The notes below the pieces were generated by a model. That model saw only the letters and a list, made by a program, of their open reading frames with translations. It made no database searches and was not told where the DNA came from. Source: Magallana gigas (Eukaryota). Taken from it: DNA of 64,000 bases. A program made the translations under genes and the position numbers. Positions 26,079-40,017 of this stretch are shown piece by piece (the stretch's first letter is position 1; each line of letters begins with the position of its first letter). The stretch is from NCBI RefSeq assembly GCF_963853765.1, contig NC_088860.1, forward strand, positions 6,200,001 to 6,264,000, in the 5' to 3' direction.

Positions 26079-28902
26079 AGAATGAATGTAAATGGAATTG
26101 GTTTCTGTCTAACAGGATAACAACATATGCAGAACATTATGTTTCATGATGATGTTTTTCTTATATTTATTTTTGAATAAATGTTCATTTCATTGCAACT
26201 TAAACAAGCGCTTTTTTCTATTAGCACGAAAATGTCCTACGCTTACTCCGGGCAGATAAATATTGTTCCTTTTAATAAAAATGATACCAACAGTGCTATG
26301 ATTCACTTTCAAATAAATAGGTCAATGAACTACTTTTCATGTGTGTAAAAATATCTCACCCACAATAACTTGTTTCTGTGGTAAGATTTCACCCTGAAGT
26401 ATAAGTATTTCTCAAGGTGTCTAACTACAAACTACGTGAAGTTCACCCTTTTGTAAACTGTTATTATTGAGTGCCTGCTATTACTAGTGCCTGTGAATAA
26501 TCCTTGAAAATAGCACACCCTTACAAGGTTGTCCTTACTTTGAAATCATTGCAAATAATAAAACGTTTTGAAGAGTTGAAAACAGTGAAAAATTGGTTGT
26601 TTTACTAAGTATTTGAAATCTTTTTAAAAATCAGCATACACGTAACTTGAAACCTATTTTTTTTCCGCATTTCCTTTAATAATAATGATAATAATGTTTA
26701 AAATCTACCTTTTTCGTGCAATAATACAAAAAGCTGTATAATACGAGCGCTAAATCACTTAAGTACATAACCGTATTTTAGAATTTAATATGATGTCAAA
26801 ATTCCAAAGGTTGATGTACTTATTCAGAGATGTTCAGTTGTTCAGTGTAATTTTTTTCTGCATTCACGCCAGTTATCTGAACTTAGACACGACATTTTAT
26901 CAATACAAGATATCTTAAAAAAGATTAAAAAGTTTGCAATTTGTTCCATATGATTTATGTCTAGAAATTGAATAATAAATTATGATTTGGTACATTTTTA
27001 AATTAGTTTGATCATGCCTCTTCAACTTCCCACAAAACATTTATCATCTACACATAAATCTGTATGCAATTAGAACCTTTAAACTGTAAAAATAGAGATA
27101 TTAGTCCGTAAAATATTGCACTACCCTTTATTTGCATATATCATCAAGTTTAATCAAACAAGGAGTGTTAAATCTGTCAATATACATTTATCTAAAAAGA
27201 AATAACTGCAGTTTAAAATACAAGTTCATATTCTTTTTTTAATGCAAGAGCAGGTAATATTATACTGTAACAATCCCCCCCCAAAAAAAAACACACAAAC
27301 AAAACGGCGATACACAACAGAACACTTAACATTATGATGGAATCATTATTTTTCAATTCCTCAAATCAAGGGCATCTATATACATGTATAAAACCAAATA
27401 AAAAACCCAAAACAAAACCAACAAGCAAACAAAACAAAGACAAGGTACTATGCCTTGTTTAAACGCTATACTTTTTAACGAAAAGCCACATAGTAAATTC
27501 TTTTACAGTTTTGAAAAGTGTAATAATTGTACTTCGAATTTATACACTTTATATTTGCACCTTCCACTGCATTTGAGTTCAATGATTTTTTTGAAACCAA
27601 TATTTGAAGAATAACCGATAAAGCTGTAATGAAAAGAAAAGGTTAATTGAATAACAAAGGAGAAATCTGCGTTTTTTAAAGATAAGGTATGCAAAATCAA
27701 CTTATAATAATTGATTGATAAAATATTCACTGATCACTGATATTTTTTTTACTTTTTTTCTGATTAAAGAGGATTATCATACGCAGCATTTGTAAGTTTG
27801 AACATTATAGAATAAGTATTTATTGTGAAAGGGTTTTTTCTTAATTTTTATCTTTCCGAAGCAATTATAAAAAAACGAACAAAAAGCATATAAAAATGTG
27901 AACCGTGTAAATGTTGAGACAAGTCTTTAATAAACAATACTAAACAAGGGCATTTCAATTTAATTTTTTAATGATACGAGGTTTCCATGAATTAATGTCA
28001 TTTTGGAGTTAACAATGATTATTTTACATCAAAACTGTACAGGTAATGAGATTTGTCATTTAGGTAGGATTTAATGCCTCCAAAGTAACGGAACAACTTT
28101 CGATAAAGAAATCTGCGTACCTTATTAACTAAAGGAATTTTGTGATATAATTTGTATGACATTGTATGTCCAGGTAAAATCCTTAAATTTACATTAAAGA
28201 CCAAACTATCAGAATATTTCTTTTCAATATTTTATGTGTATAAAGAAATTATTTTCAAGAGATTGCTTTATAGCCATGGTTGCTAAAACATTACGGCCGC
28301 GATATTTTGAACCCCTTCTGATTTTCATATGTTATTGCAAAAGGAGTTCAAATAATATAACCGTGAAATACTGACCCCTCCCATGACAAATATCACGGCT
28401 TTCGAACATTACATAATTAGATGTACTTTTAATTTTAAAGAAACTAACGTGCTGGACTTACAAGCAACAAAATAATAGATGGATAGAAATACGGATATAA
28501 AACATTACTACATAATCTTTAATAGCTTTGGAACAATTATAATTTAAGATATGAAAAAAACAAATCAAAATGAATACAAAAAAGACTTCTCGGGCTTTTC
28601 CGAAAAGAATTTTGAGGTACAGACGGAAAGCCACAAATAAATTTTGCTATGAATTTGGAAATAGAATTGACGTCATCAAACTATGCATCAGTAATCGAAA
28701 TAATTCTTTGTGCTGGAATATTAATCTTTTGCACGTTTAAAGATAAAGTTCTTTATCAAAGTTCTTTAAAAAACAATTAACTCTGGTATTTCAGACAAAA
28801 GATTTGATAAATACTGGTTCTCTCGCAAGATTGGATAGTTTGCACTGATTCCAAAAGTTACGGATGTAGAAGGGACGTTTTTATAATAACAGAGAACCAT
28901 AC

Positions 28903-29185
28903 TTTTTTGGGTCACCTGAGTCACTCAGCCGATCACAAAAACTAAATGCATGGCTATGATGTCCACCAAGTCTTCTACCTAAATTGTGAAATTCATGGTC
29001 TTTGAGACAGGGGTTCAGGCCATAGTGAGGGGTCAATATGGCCACATAGTGAAAATGTATTGCTTTAATAATATTTTCTTCAGAAACTGTACTATCACAG
29101 TCGTTGGGGGTAAAGTCATGACTCGGTTTTATGTTTTTAATAACATAATGTTAAATTGTAAAATTCACTGTCCAGGCCATGGGGC
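28903..29185 (+). mobile_element. Fragment of non-autonomous Helitron/Helentron-type oyster repeat with one Cg170-satellite-like monomer
   Basis: Starts TTTTTTGGGTCACCTGAGTCACTCAG and contains AAATTGTGAAATTCATGG...GGGGTCAATATGGCCACATAGTGAAAATGTATT. Recognised from memory of oyster repeat families, not searched. Confidence 0.55.
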
Positions 29186-30376
29186 GGAATTCAAGCTTTT
29201 TATTGACGGAGGTGTCTGATAAATAAAGCCATTTTTGAATATGTATTTTGACTAAAAGTAATTGCTGTGTGTCATCCATTAACAATTTTACTCCATCTTG
29301 AAAACCATTTGGTATATGTTTACTAGGCAATATTGAATTATTGTTCTATTTTAATATCCTGGCCATTGTATACTTGTAGAAATACCCTGTATTCACTTTC
29401 TGTGCATTATTAATGAAATTGTAAATACTATAGATAAGAATGACTCTCAAAGCATGCAGGTCTCTTATTACCAAAAGTTTACATTATTTGCCTCCAAGAG
29501 CTAAGGTAAAGATAATCCGAGATTCCGCCGACTCTTGACCCCCTCCCCGCCATTTTCATAGTACTTGAAAATAATCGATGAATTCGATGCAATGTTTTTA
29601 GAAGTATTGTTTTTCAAGGAAACGTTATATATCAAATGGTACGAACAATCTAAATATTTTTTGAAGTCGTATGCTTCCTACGCAAGAGTTCAGTAACCTG
29701 ATTTCGCGCCGTTTCTACAGCGACAGAGGAATGGTTTTCTATTCCTGATCTGTGCTTTTGTGCCAGAGTAAGGGCAAAGAAGAGTTGATTAACGTTGTCT
29801 GGTTCTAAACAATGCGCGATAATTTTTATTACGTCATATGCATTGACAGTAAGTGTAAAAACATAAATTTATTACATTGTGTAAATACATTTTAATATAT
29901 GTCTAGAAACTTACAGCTAGAAACGGAACTTGTACCTTTGGATGGTGCTTTATACTGTAAATGCTAACTATTAAGGTTGATAATAATCCCAACATAGTTA
30001 ATGATAACCTGTCATCTTATGTTTTGACTTTACTTCTATTCTACATTCTTGATTGAATCCAATAGTTAATGCAGTGGTATTTGTATAAAATTAGCAATAT
30101 GTTTTTAGTGTGGTCAGCTATCGGTTTCTGATTTTTTACCATTAAAATGAAAACTCCCCGTTTGGTTATTTCAGTTTATGACTTTGCAAATTGTAATTGA
30201 ATAGGATTACAATCAAGTTGCATTGTTTAAAAAATGTCTATGAATTATCATTTTATTAATTGATAGACAAGAGAAATTAAATAGAAAACACATGTTTTTG
30301 AGTCATAAACATAAAAACTGGGACTGTTTTCAGTCATCAATAATTGTCAAAATACCACAGAAACACAGCGCTTTAG

Positions 30377-30449
30377 TATAAATAAGGGACCAAGTAAATT
30401 TTCGCCACAGAAATCGGTTCACCCACTCAACGAAGCACCATAACCAAAG
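30377..30449 (+). promoter_or_regulatory. TATA box (30377-30384) and non-coding exon 1 of Gly-rich gene 2
   Basis: TATAAATA ... CCAAAG|GTAAGA donor; nearly identical to 50669-50742. Confidence 0.75.
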
Positions 30450-31549
30450 GTAAGATAGAAAGGATTGTTTGATATAACTGTATGGTTTTTTTTTACTTCA
30501 AGTGCATTTCGGTAAAGAAATCACAAAAAATGAATTGCCGAATTCTCAATTAGGAAGGAATATTTTATTAAAAACTCTGCGCGACAAAACCGGTCTTTAT
30601 GTTTTGTATACAAGGTATACTCTTTGATTAAATAGATTTAAATCTAATTTAGTTCATGTTTCTTTAAAGTTTTCTTAAAGAGACTGTACAGCTGAAAACA
30701 CGTGTGATAACTTCAGATTTACCCATTGTTTCGTTAGGAAATAAGAAATAACGTTGATTGTAACAGTTGAAATAGATAAAAATCTCTTTTAAGTACCTAA
30801 TTAATGTAATTATTAGCTTCCAGAAATTTAAGAGTCGTACAAACCGGAATAATTCTATATCGTTTATTTGTACCACGTGGAATTTGATTGACAGTAATTG
30901 ACACGTGCCCGACTTCGATCATCAAGGTAAAAAGGACTCTCTAAACAGAACACATCATCACTTTCTCGATAATCTATTAATGGTTTACCAATTTCGGTTC
31001 ATTTTAAAATGAACAGACATAAATGTGTCAAATACCTCTCAAGGGACCTGACTTACAAAAAAGAATTTAGGTTGCAGTCAACTCCTATGATAAGCACGCA
31101 AAATACATGCTTACAAAATAATAATTGTGGTTATTTAAAAAACTTTAAAAAATAATTACCTGGGAGAAGTAGAAGAGACATGTTTTTATCAACAAACATG
31201 TACAGGAGAATCTTTGCGAGCCCTGCATGTGTTTTGTTTACAGTAAATATGCATGCGTAATAGTAAAGAAGGCTGACCCCTAACACTTTGCAATGTAATT
31301 TTAATGAAATAATTAGATTTATTTCATGGAGAACTTTGTAATTTTTGAAAGTTTATACATTCATGAGTAGCACAAAAATACCGAACTTGATCGGAAAACT
31401 TTTTCAAGTCGGATTTTTGATAAGATGCGCCGTGCTGTCTCTTTAAGAAACCATTGATTTTAAAATCTTGCTATCATTAGGTTAAGTATTTTTAAAATAT
31501 TACAAAGTTTTTCTGAATCAAATTAATTTTTTGACGTTTTAGTTAAACA

Positions 31550-32512
31550 ATGTTGGGACTAATAATTCTTGGAATCACCTGTGGCCTTGCCACAGCAACG
31601 TATCCTAGCTATGGATATTCTTCCCAACTTGGATATGGTTCTGGCTATCCTCTCTACAGTGGACTCGGTTCCTTGGGTGGTGGTTTAGGAATTGGCAACG
31701 GCCTTGGTTCCATTGGAGGTTTGGGACTTAACAGTGGTCTGAGCAGCGGTCTTGGCTCATTCGGAGGTTTAGGCACTGGACTCGGTTCCCTCGGCGGTTT
31801 TGGACTTGGCAGTGGACTCGGTTCCTTAGGTGGTTTAGGAAGTGGCGGTTTTGGACTAAATGGGCTTGGCTCACTTGGAGGACTAGGTGGAGTGACCGGT
31901 TATACTCCAAGCTATGGTCTTGGAAACAGTATCGGATATCCGTCTTATGGTGGATTAGGAAACACTGGATACTCTCCCTACCCTACCTACAATACTGGAT
32001 TTGGAGGTTTGGGTGGATTAGGAAGTTTGGGAGGATTGGGGTCTAACCTTGGTGGATTAGATGGACTGAATGGAGGGTTCGGAGGATTGGGTGGATTAAC
32101 CGGAGGATTGGGTGGATTAAATGGAGGATTAGGTGGACTCAGTGGAGGATTAGGTGGACTCAATGGAGGATTAGGCGGACTTAATGGAGGGTTCGGAGGA
32201 TTGGGTGGATTAACCGGGGGATTAGGTGGATTAACCGGAGGATTGGGTGGATTAAATGGAGGATTAGGTGGACTCAATGGAGGATTTGGTGGATTGGGTG
32301 GACTCAATGGAGGTCTTATCGGCGGAGGTTTAGGATATCCTACCGGTGGTTACAGTAAGTAGGAACGCTTCTATAAAAATATTATAATGCTTCTATTTTT
32401 GACACAGTTCATTGTTTATTCTTATTTACTTTTATATTCTTGAATTTTTATATCTTTAAACCTATTCATAATATTTTTTTTTCGTTTCATTTCAGAGAAG
32501 AAAGTGTATTAA
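31550..32512 (+). CDS. Secreted Gly-rich shematrin-like protein, copy 2; join(31550..32354,32496..32512), 273 aa ending GGYKKKVY
   Basis: Same signal peptide, repeats and splice sites as copy 1. Acceptor TTTTAG 8 nt before the ATG. Confidence 0.85.
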
Positions 32513-34347
32513 AGAATGAATGTAAATGGAATTGGTTTCTGTCTAACAGGATAACAACATATGCAGAACATTATGTTTCATGATGATGTTTTTTTTATAT
32601 TTATTATTGAATAAATGTTCATTTCATTGCAACTTAAACAAGCGCTTTTTTCTATTAGCACGAAAAATGTTCTACGCTTACTCCGGGCAGATAAATATTG
32701 TTCCTTTTAATAAAAATGATACCAACAGTGCTATGATTCACTTTCAAATAAATAGGTCAATGAACTACTTTTCATGTGTGTAAAAATATCTCACCCACAA
32801 TAACTTGTTTCTGTGGTAAGATTTCACCCTGAAGTATAAGTATTTCTCAAGGTGTCTAACTACAAACTACGTGAAGTTCACCCTTTTGTAAACTGTTATT
32901 ATTGAGTGCCTGCTATTACTAGTGCCTTACAAGGTTATCCTTACTTTGAAATCATTGCAAATAATAAAACGTTTTGAAGAGTTGAAAACAGTGAAAAATT
33001 GGTTGTTTTACTAAGTATTTGAAATCTTTTTAAATCATCAGCATACACGTAACTTGAAACCTAATTTTTTTCCGCATTTCCTTTAATAATAATGATAATA
33101 ATGTTTAAAATCTACCTTTTTTTCGTGCAATAATACAAAAAGCTGTATAATACGAGCGCTGAATCACTTAAGTACTTAACTGTATTTTAGAATTAAATAT
33201 GATGTCAAAATTCCAAAGGTTGATGTACTATTCAGAGATGTTCAGTTGTTCAGTGTATTTTTTTCTGCATTCACGCCAGTTATCTGAACTTAGACACGAC
33301 ATTTTATCAATATAAGATATCTTAAAAAAGATTAAAAAGTTTGCAATTTGTTTCATATGATTTATGTCTAGAAATTGAATAATAAATTATGATTTGGTAC
33401 ATTTTTAAATTAGTTTGATCATGCCTCTTCAACTTCCCACAAAACATTTATCATCTACACATAAATCTGTATGCAATTGGAACCTTTAAACTGTAAAAAT
33501 AGAGATATTAGTTCGTAAAATATTGCACTACCCTTTATTTGCATATATTATCAAGTTAAATCAAACAAGGAGGTTAAATCTTTCAATATACATTTATCTA
33601 AAAAGAAATAACTGCAGTTTGAAATACAAGTTCATATTCTTTTTTTGTAATGCAAGAGCAAGTAATTTTATACTGTAACAATCCCCTCCCCCCTCCAAAA
33701 AAAAAACACACAAACAAAACGGCGATACACAACAGAACATTTAACATTATGATGGAATCATTATTTTTTAATTTCTCAAAGCAAGGACATCTATATACAT
33801 GTATAAAACCCCAAAAAACCCAAAACAAAACCAACAAGCAAACAAAACAAAGACAAGGTACTATGCCTTGTTTAAACGCTATACTTGGTTAACGAAAAGC
33901 CACATAGTAAATTCTTTCACAGTTTTGAAAAGTGTAATAATTGTACGTCGAATTTATACACTTTATATTTGCACCTTCCACTACATTTGAGTTCAATGAT
34001 TTTTTTGAAACCAATATTTGAGAAATAACCGATGAAGCTGTAATGAAAAGAAAAGGTTGATTGAATAACAAAGGAGAAAACTGCGTTTTTTAAAGGTAAA
34101 TGTATGCAAAATCAACTTATAATAATTGATTGATAAAATATTCACTGATCACTGATATTTTTTTTTACTTTTTTTTCTGATTAAAGAGGATTATCATACA
34201 CGGCATTTGTAAGTTTGAACATTATAAAATAAGTATTTATTGTGAAAGGGTTTTTTCTTAATTTTTATCTTTCCGAAGCAATTATAAAAAAACGAACAAA
34301 AAGCATATAAAAATGTGAACCGTGTAAATGTTGAGACAAGTCTTTAA

Positions 34348-37300
34348 GGTAGTCCATCCATAACTAAGGTGAATTTTACAATTTTGATTGATCTTTAATA
34401 CATCAAATACATATTTTGAGGCTATTATAAGGCTGACATAAACCAAACTTGAGTGTATGTATGTAGTCAATTAAATGAACTTTTTGCACTTAAAACTTTT
34501 TTAAAGAGTTGTCTGCCCTTTATGAAAACTTTAAAAAAATCATTTTCTGAAAGTATGTATGGTAAACTATTAAGAGTAAAAATCAGCAAGCATCGAGCAT
34601 TTTGTTAAAAATATGGAAAGTGACATAAAAACAATAATGATAAAAACACATATAAAGATAATCAGAATGAAGATTGTATTAAAAATATTTGGGTAATTTT
34701 TTTTTATTCGTGCTGTTACTATGGAAACCACGTGCTTTTAGACTGACTGATTTGTACTTCATTTTAACATGAAAATTTTTGTATATACAAATACAATTTT
34801 ATGTTAAATCATCTTAAAACTCTATCAATAATTTTTTATACTACAAAACACTTTGCTGTAATTTAAACATCATTAAGAATTTACATTTACTTCATCCTTT
34901 GATATTTATACCCGTTTTATCTTGTTAATTTTGCATGCAAACACCAGTCAATTCAGTGCACTTTTATAAAATCCTACAACCATGTCAAGGTTAACTAACA
35001 CTACATATTTATATTATGACATTTGTTCTAGAAGAATCAATTAAAAAATCTTTAGGCAAGTCACCCGTTTATAAATAAATACTGATTTTATACACCTGGA
35101 AACGTGCAAGTTTTAATCTGATTACCTCCCTTTGATATGACTCTCTTACGAAAGGAGGTAAAAACGGTATTTTGTTTACATTGTTTACATCCAATATTTC
35201 TACGGAGCTGAAGTGAGACGACTATGGATTTTAGTTTCTGGATTATAGAAGTGTTTATTTAGTTCATTATCATGGTAAGTAACAACTTTTACTGGTTTCT
35301 TATTTTCTACTAGCAAACATTTCTTTAACAGGAGAAATAGTGGATGCTGTAGATCTTCGTGAAAATTCGGATTAACATGTCAATGCACACAACATTATAA
35401 ATAAAAGTTTAAACATGACAAAGAAAATGTATACGTGATTGCTTATTGTACATAGTGTTTGTGCATCAAGGACAATAAACTTTTAATGAAAAATGTATTA
35501 ACATACATGTATAGACTATATGGTAGCTACATGTATACAAATCCATGTTTAAATGTATCTTGTGTGAATAATTGATCAGTCTTCTTATTATTCTATATGT
35601 TGGTAATTAATGTTGTATTCACATAAAATCAACTATTTGTACCATATTGCTAGAAAAAATCAAGATTTTACACATATATTAAATGACTTATAACAGTAAA
35701 ATATTTTACTGTATGAGTTTTCAAGACAGTTTAATTAAATAGGGGATGGAAAGGTGTATTAGTTATAACGGGTTCTTTGTTTTATTACAGATAACTTAGT
35801 GAGTTGTAAACAGAAAATGTGTCACATGCAAGCCAAATGAATCAACTTAAATGAGGATGGACACTAAAATCTACCATGTCTACACAAAAATTAAAATATT
35901 CATACCAGACAGATGACAGAGACAATGCTTGAAATATTTAAATTTTGCAAAAGAAGAGGGTGAAAGTGCAATTGAAAAAAAAACCCAGACCAACAAATAC
36001 TATAGTTGACAAGGGATGATTTTTCTTTAGCAGAATTTCTTTCATCCTTGAAGATAAACAGCTATGTTAACCACTTTGTTCCACAGAAAAGAAGAGCTGG
36101 CTTTCAACTAAAACTGAAAATCTTATCAAATAGAATTCAAAATTATATATAATCATATATAGGGATATTTGGGTTAAATACAATGGTACAAACAAGTATT
36201 TTCTGAACTATTTCAAAGCAAATGTGTGCCTGACTTATACTCTGTCTAGATCTATTTTTGAAAATAAGATGTGTTCATATGTCAATGCTGATGCATAATG
36301 ATTTATTACCACTTGATCATTTGAGTTGTTGAATTATTTTCAGTGAAAATTATTACAATTAATGATGGTAAAAATTAAAGTTGATATTCATAAGATTGTT
36401 TTATTTGTGTTTACTTTACACTGTTAAATAAAGAATAAAATCCATGTTAGATAGAGCATTCAGCAAGTTCTGCAGTAAAAGCAGTAATACAGGTTTATGT
36501 CAAGCTATTTGAACTGACCTGATGACATTGACAAAACCAAGACTAAATAGGAAATAAATTCATGCATAAGAATATAAACCAACAATTCACATATTGATAT
36601 TAAGGCTACTGTACTATCTATATCAGCTGACTGTCAAAATATTTCTCTGAATTTTTGCAGACCAATTCAATTTTATGTAAAATAATTGATTATTAGATTT
36701 TGAAGAAAAAATATTTCCCCATCTTAATGACAAAAAGTTTAATTACTAATCGAGTAGGGAGATGGACAGAACACTTTTTAAAAGTGGCTTAGTAGATCAA
36801 TTCTCAAAGTAAGTATATATACATATATTGTTGAGACAATTTTTCTTATGTGAAATTCCTGCATGCATTGGTGCTGGGAGGGGGCAGATATGACCAATTT
36901 AACTGAAATAATTATTGTCATTTATTTGTTATAGTTACATCCAAATATGATTCGGGCTGATATCAGTGAAAGAAAGAAACTATTGGTGACTGTGTTCAAC
37001 TATAAAATAATATGATTATAAGATGAACATCTAAATTGGATATTTCGCCTTCTGAGGAATAAGTTACCTCCTTGATTTCTTTTTCTGACCTTCACTTTTT
37101 AAATAACATCTCTGCACATACTTTTTCATGCAGCAATGTTTTTTCTTAAATATACATATTGAAAAATGAATTATGATGGACTTCCATATTTTATATATGA
37201 TATCTTATTTATGAAATGGAAAACAAAAATATCCAGAAAACTGCATTGAAATCATAAGAAATCTAAACATTTAGAAAGCTTTTATTTCAAATCACACTTA

Positions 37301-38757
37301 TTATCAAAAGTTGGCTAATTTTAAGTACAAAAAGGTCAGGAAAGATGCAACTTAAACAAAATATATATTATATATATATTTATTTTATATATTCATTCTG
37401 ACCATCATTATAGTACTTATATAATGAAAAACAATATTGGTATGTGATGTTATTGTTCACATTTTTTGTCAAGAATATCTAAGTCATTTTTCATTATGTT
37501 GAGAATTGCACTTTAAGTACAAAAAGGTCAAATCAAATGAACTCAGAGGGTAAAACCTGACCTCCTTCCCTTGTTTTTTCTTGGTACATAATATTTTAAA
37601 TGATTGTTTTGTATGCAGATTTTCACTAAATTTATGATTCAACCACATTGAGGAGTAAAATACCTCATTTATAAATGAAATAAGTATTTTACCTTATATT
37701 TGCCCTTACGTCCGTGTGTCCATGTTTTCTAATTTTAGATGAAAATGATTGATCTTTAAAATGTCATTTAAAAAAAAAACTTTATAAAATAGAAAATTTG
37801 ACTTATTGTGCATCTTGAACCAGGGAAAATTTTAAAAATAAGGTACAATATGATCTATTCAATTTAATAATACTTGGTTTTTTGTTACCTTTACCCCTTT
37901 GTAAAAGCTTAAAATGCAAATTTGATATACTTTTAAACCTTGTACAACTTTTCCCCCTCAAAGTTGCCTATGGATTTTATTTTGCATATTTATAGTACAG
38001 ATGATCACTAACAGAAATACATAATTCATTTTTCCAGCAGTGGTTGTAGATTTTGCATATAAAGTGATAAAGATGTGCAATTTTTGAAAATTGATAAGCG
38101 TCTAAATGCATGTTCTCTTCCTGTTGTCATGGCAACAATTACAATGAAATATTTTAAAATTTTATTTTTTCCTAAAAATGGGAAAACTCAATCTTATAAT
38201 AAATACAAAAAGCAAAATACTATATAATATCATGTAAAGGAATAATTTACGTAGATGTTTAGCTAAAATCATTGTTTTATTTTCAAAGATTTGTGCACCC
38301 GTAACTAAGGAAATAAATTTCCTTGGATACCAGTCCCATAGTATGACAAAAATCATTGTTTATCAGGGATTTTGTGTGAAGTAGATTAAATTCAATAATA
38401 TACAAGCAGCTTTTCAAAAAATAATTTTTCCACTTTCCATGGAATGCTTGATGCTTGTTGATTTTTACTCTTAATTATTTTAGCATATTCGAAGACGGAG
38501 AAAGCTTTTGCAACTATTTACCAAGAGAAATGTGAGAAAATTACTTGTACTAAAGAAATATATTTAAAAATGCATTATTTTCCACAGACTTCAATGTTAA
38601 CTTCAACATATGATAAATTTACCAAAATTATTGTTTTTTAAAGATTTCAAAGGTGATACTTTATTATCTAATAAACTCCTTAAAATCACCATAAGATTTT
38701 AGTGATCAAACTTGCAATCTATTAGAAATGAAATATGGTAGTTATGGATGGACTACC
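34348..38757. mobile_element. 4410-bp non-autonomous Kolobok-like DNA transposon (TTAA TSD, perfect 19-bp TIR GGTAGTCCATCCATAACTA)
   Basis: TTAA at 34344-47 and 38758-61. The empty site AAGTCTTTAATAAACAATAC is seen in spacer 1 near 27921. GG...CC termini with TTAA fit Kolobok rather than piggyBac (CC...GG). No long ORF. Confidence 0.85.
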
Positions 38758-39734
38758 TTAATAAACAATACTAAACAAGGGCATTTCAATTTAATTTTTT
38801 AATGATACGAGGTTTCCATGAATTAATGTCATTTTGGAGTTAACAATGATTATTTTACATCAAAACTGTACAGGTAATGAGATTTGTCACTTAGGTAGGA
38901 TTTAATGCCTCCAAAGTAACAGAACAACTTTCGATAAAGAAATCTGCGTACCTTATTAACTAAAGGAATTTTGTGATATAATTTGTATGACATTGTATGT
39001 CCAGGTAAAATCCTTAAATTTGCATTAAAGACCAAACTATCAGAATATTTCTTTTTCAATATTTTATGTGTATAAAGAAATTATTTTCAAGAGATTGCTA
39101 TTTAGCCATGGTTGCTAAAACATTACGGCCGCGATATTTTGAACCCCTTCTGATTTTCATATGTTATTGCAAAGGGAGTTCAAATAATATAGCCGTGAAA
39201 TATTGACCCCTCCCATGACAGATATCACGACTTTCGAACATTACATAATTAGATGTACTTTTATTTATAAAGAAACTAACGTGCTGGACTAACAAGCAAC
39301 AGAATAATAGACGGATAGAAATACGGATGTAAAACATTACTACATAATCTTTAATAGCTTTGGAACAATTGGAATTTAAGATTTGAAAAAAACAAAAACA
39401 AAATGAATACAAAAAAGACTTCTCGGGCTTTTTCGAAAAGAATTTTGAGGTACAGACGGAAAGCCACAAATAAATTTTGCTATGTTTTGGAAATAGAATT
39501 GACGTCATCAAACTATGCATCAGTAATCGAAATAATTCTTTGTGCTGGAATATTAATCTTTTGCACGTTTAAAGATAAAGTTCTTTATCAAAGTTATTTA
39601 AAAAACAATTAACTCTGGTATTTCAGACAAATGATTTGATAAATACTGGTTCTCTCGCAAGATTGGATAGTTTGCACTGATTCCAAAAGTTACAGATGTA
39701 GAAGGGACGTTTTTATAATAACAGAGAACCATAC

Positions 39735-40017
39735 TTTTTTGGGTCACCTGAGTCACTCAGCCGATCACAAAAACTAAATGCATGGCTATGATGTCCACCA
39801 AGTCTTCTACCTAAATTGTGAAATTCATGGTCTTTGAGACAGGGGTTCATGCCATAGTGAGGGGTCAATATGGCCACATAGTGAAAATGTATTGCTTTAA
39901 TAATATTTTCTTCAGAAACTGTTCTATCACAGTCGTTGGGGGGAAAGTCATGACTCGGTATTATGCTCTTAATAACATAATGTTAAATTGTAAAATTCAC
40001 TGTCCAGGCCATGGGGC
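39735..40017 (+). mobile_element. Duplicate of the Helitron/Cg170-like fragment at 28903
   Basis: Near-identical to 28903-29185; part of the segmental duplication. Confidence 0.55.

Larger units (their letters stand above)
25920..31549 (+). repeat. Tandem segmental duplication: spacer 1, a highly similar counterpart of 32355-52628 once the insertions there are removed
   Basis: Long collinear near-identical blocks, e.g. 26080-27930 vs 32514-34347, 27930-29715 vs 38762-40555, 29720-29960 vs 41050-41279, 29960-31549 vs 50249-52628. It carries the empty sites of the spacer-2 insertions. Confidence 0.9.

Noticed and set aside
28986-29219. 77-aa ORF conserved in both spacers (also 39818-40051)
   Set aside because: It lies in a Helitron/satellite-type repeat, and its conservation is explained by the recent duplication.
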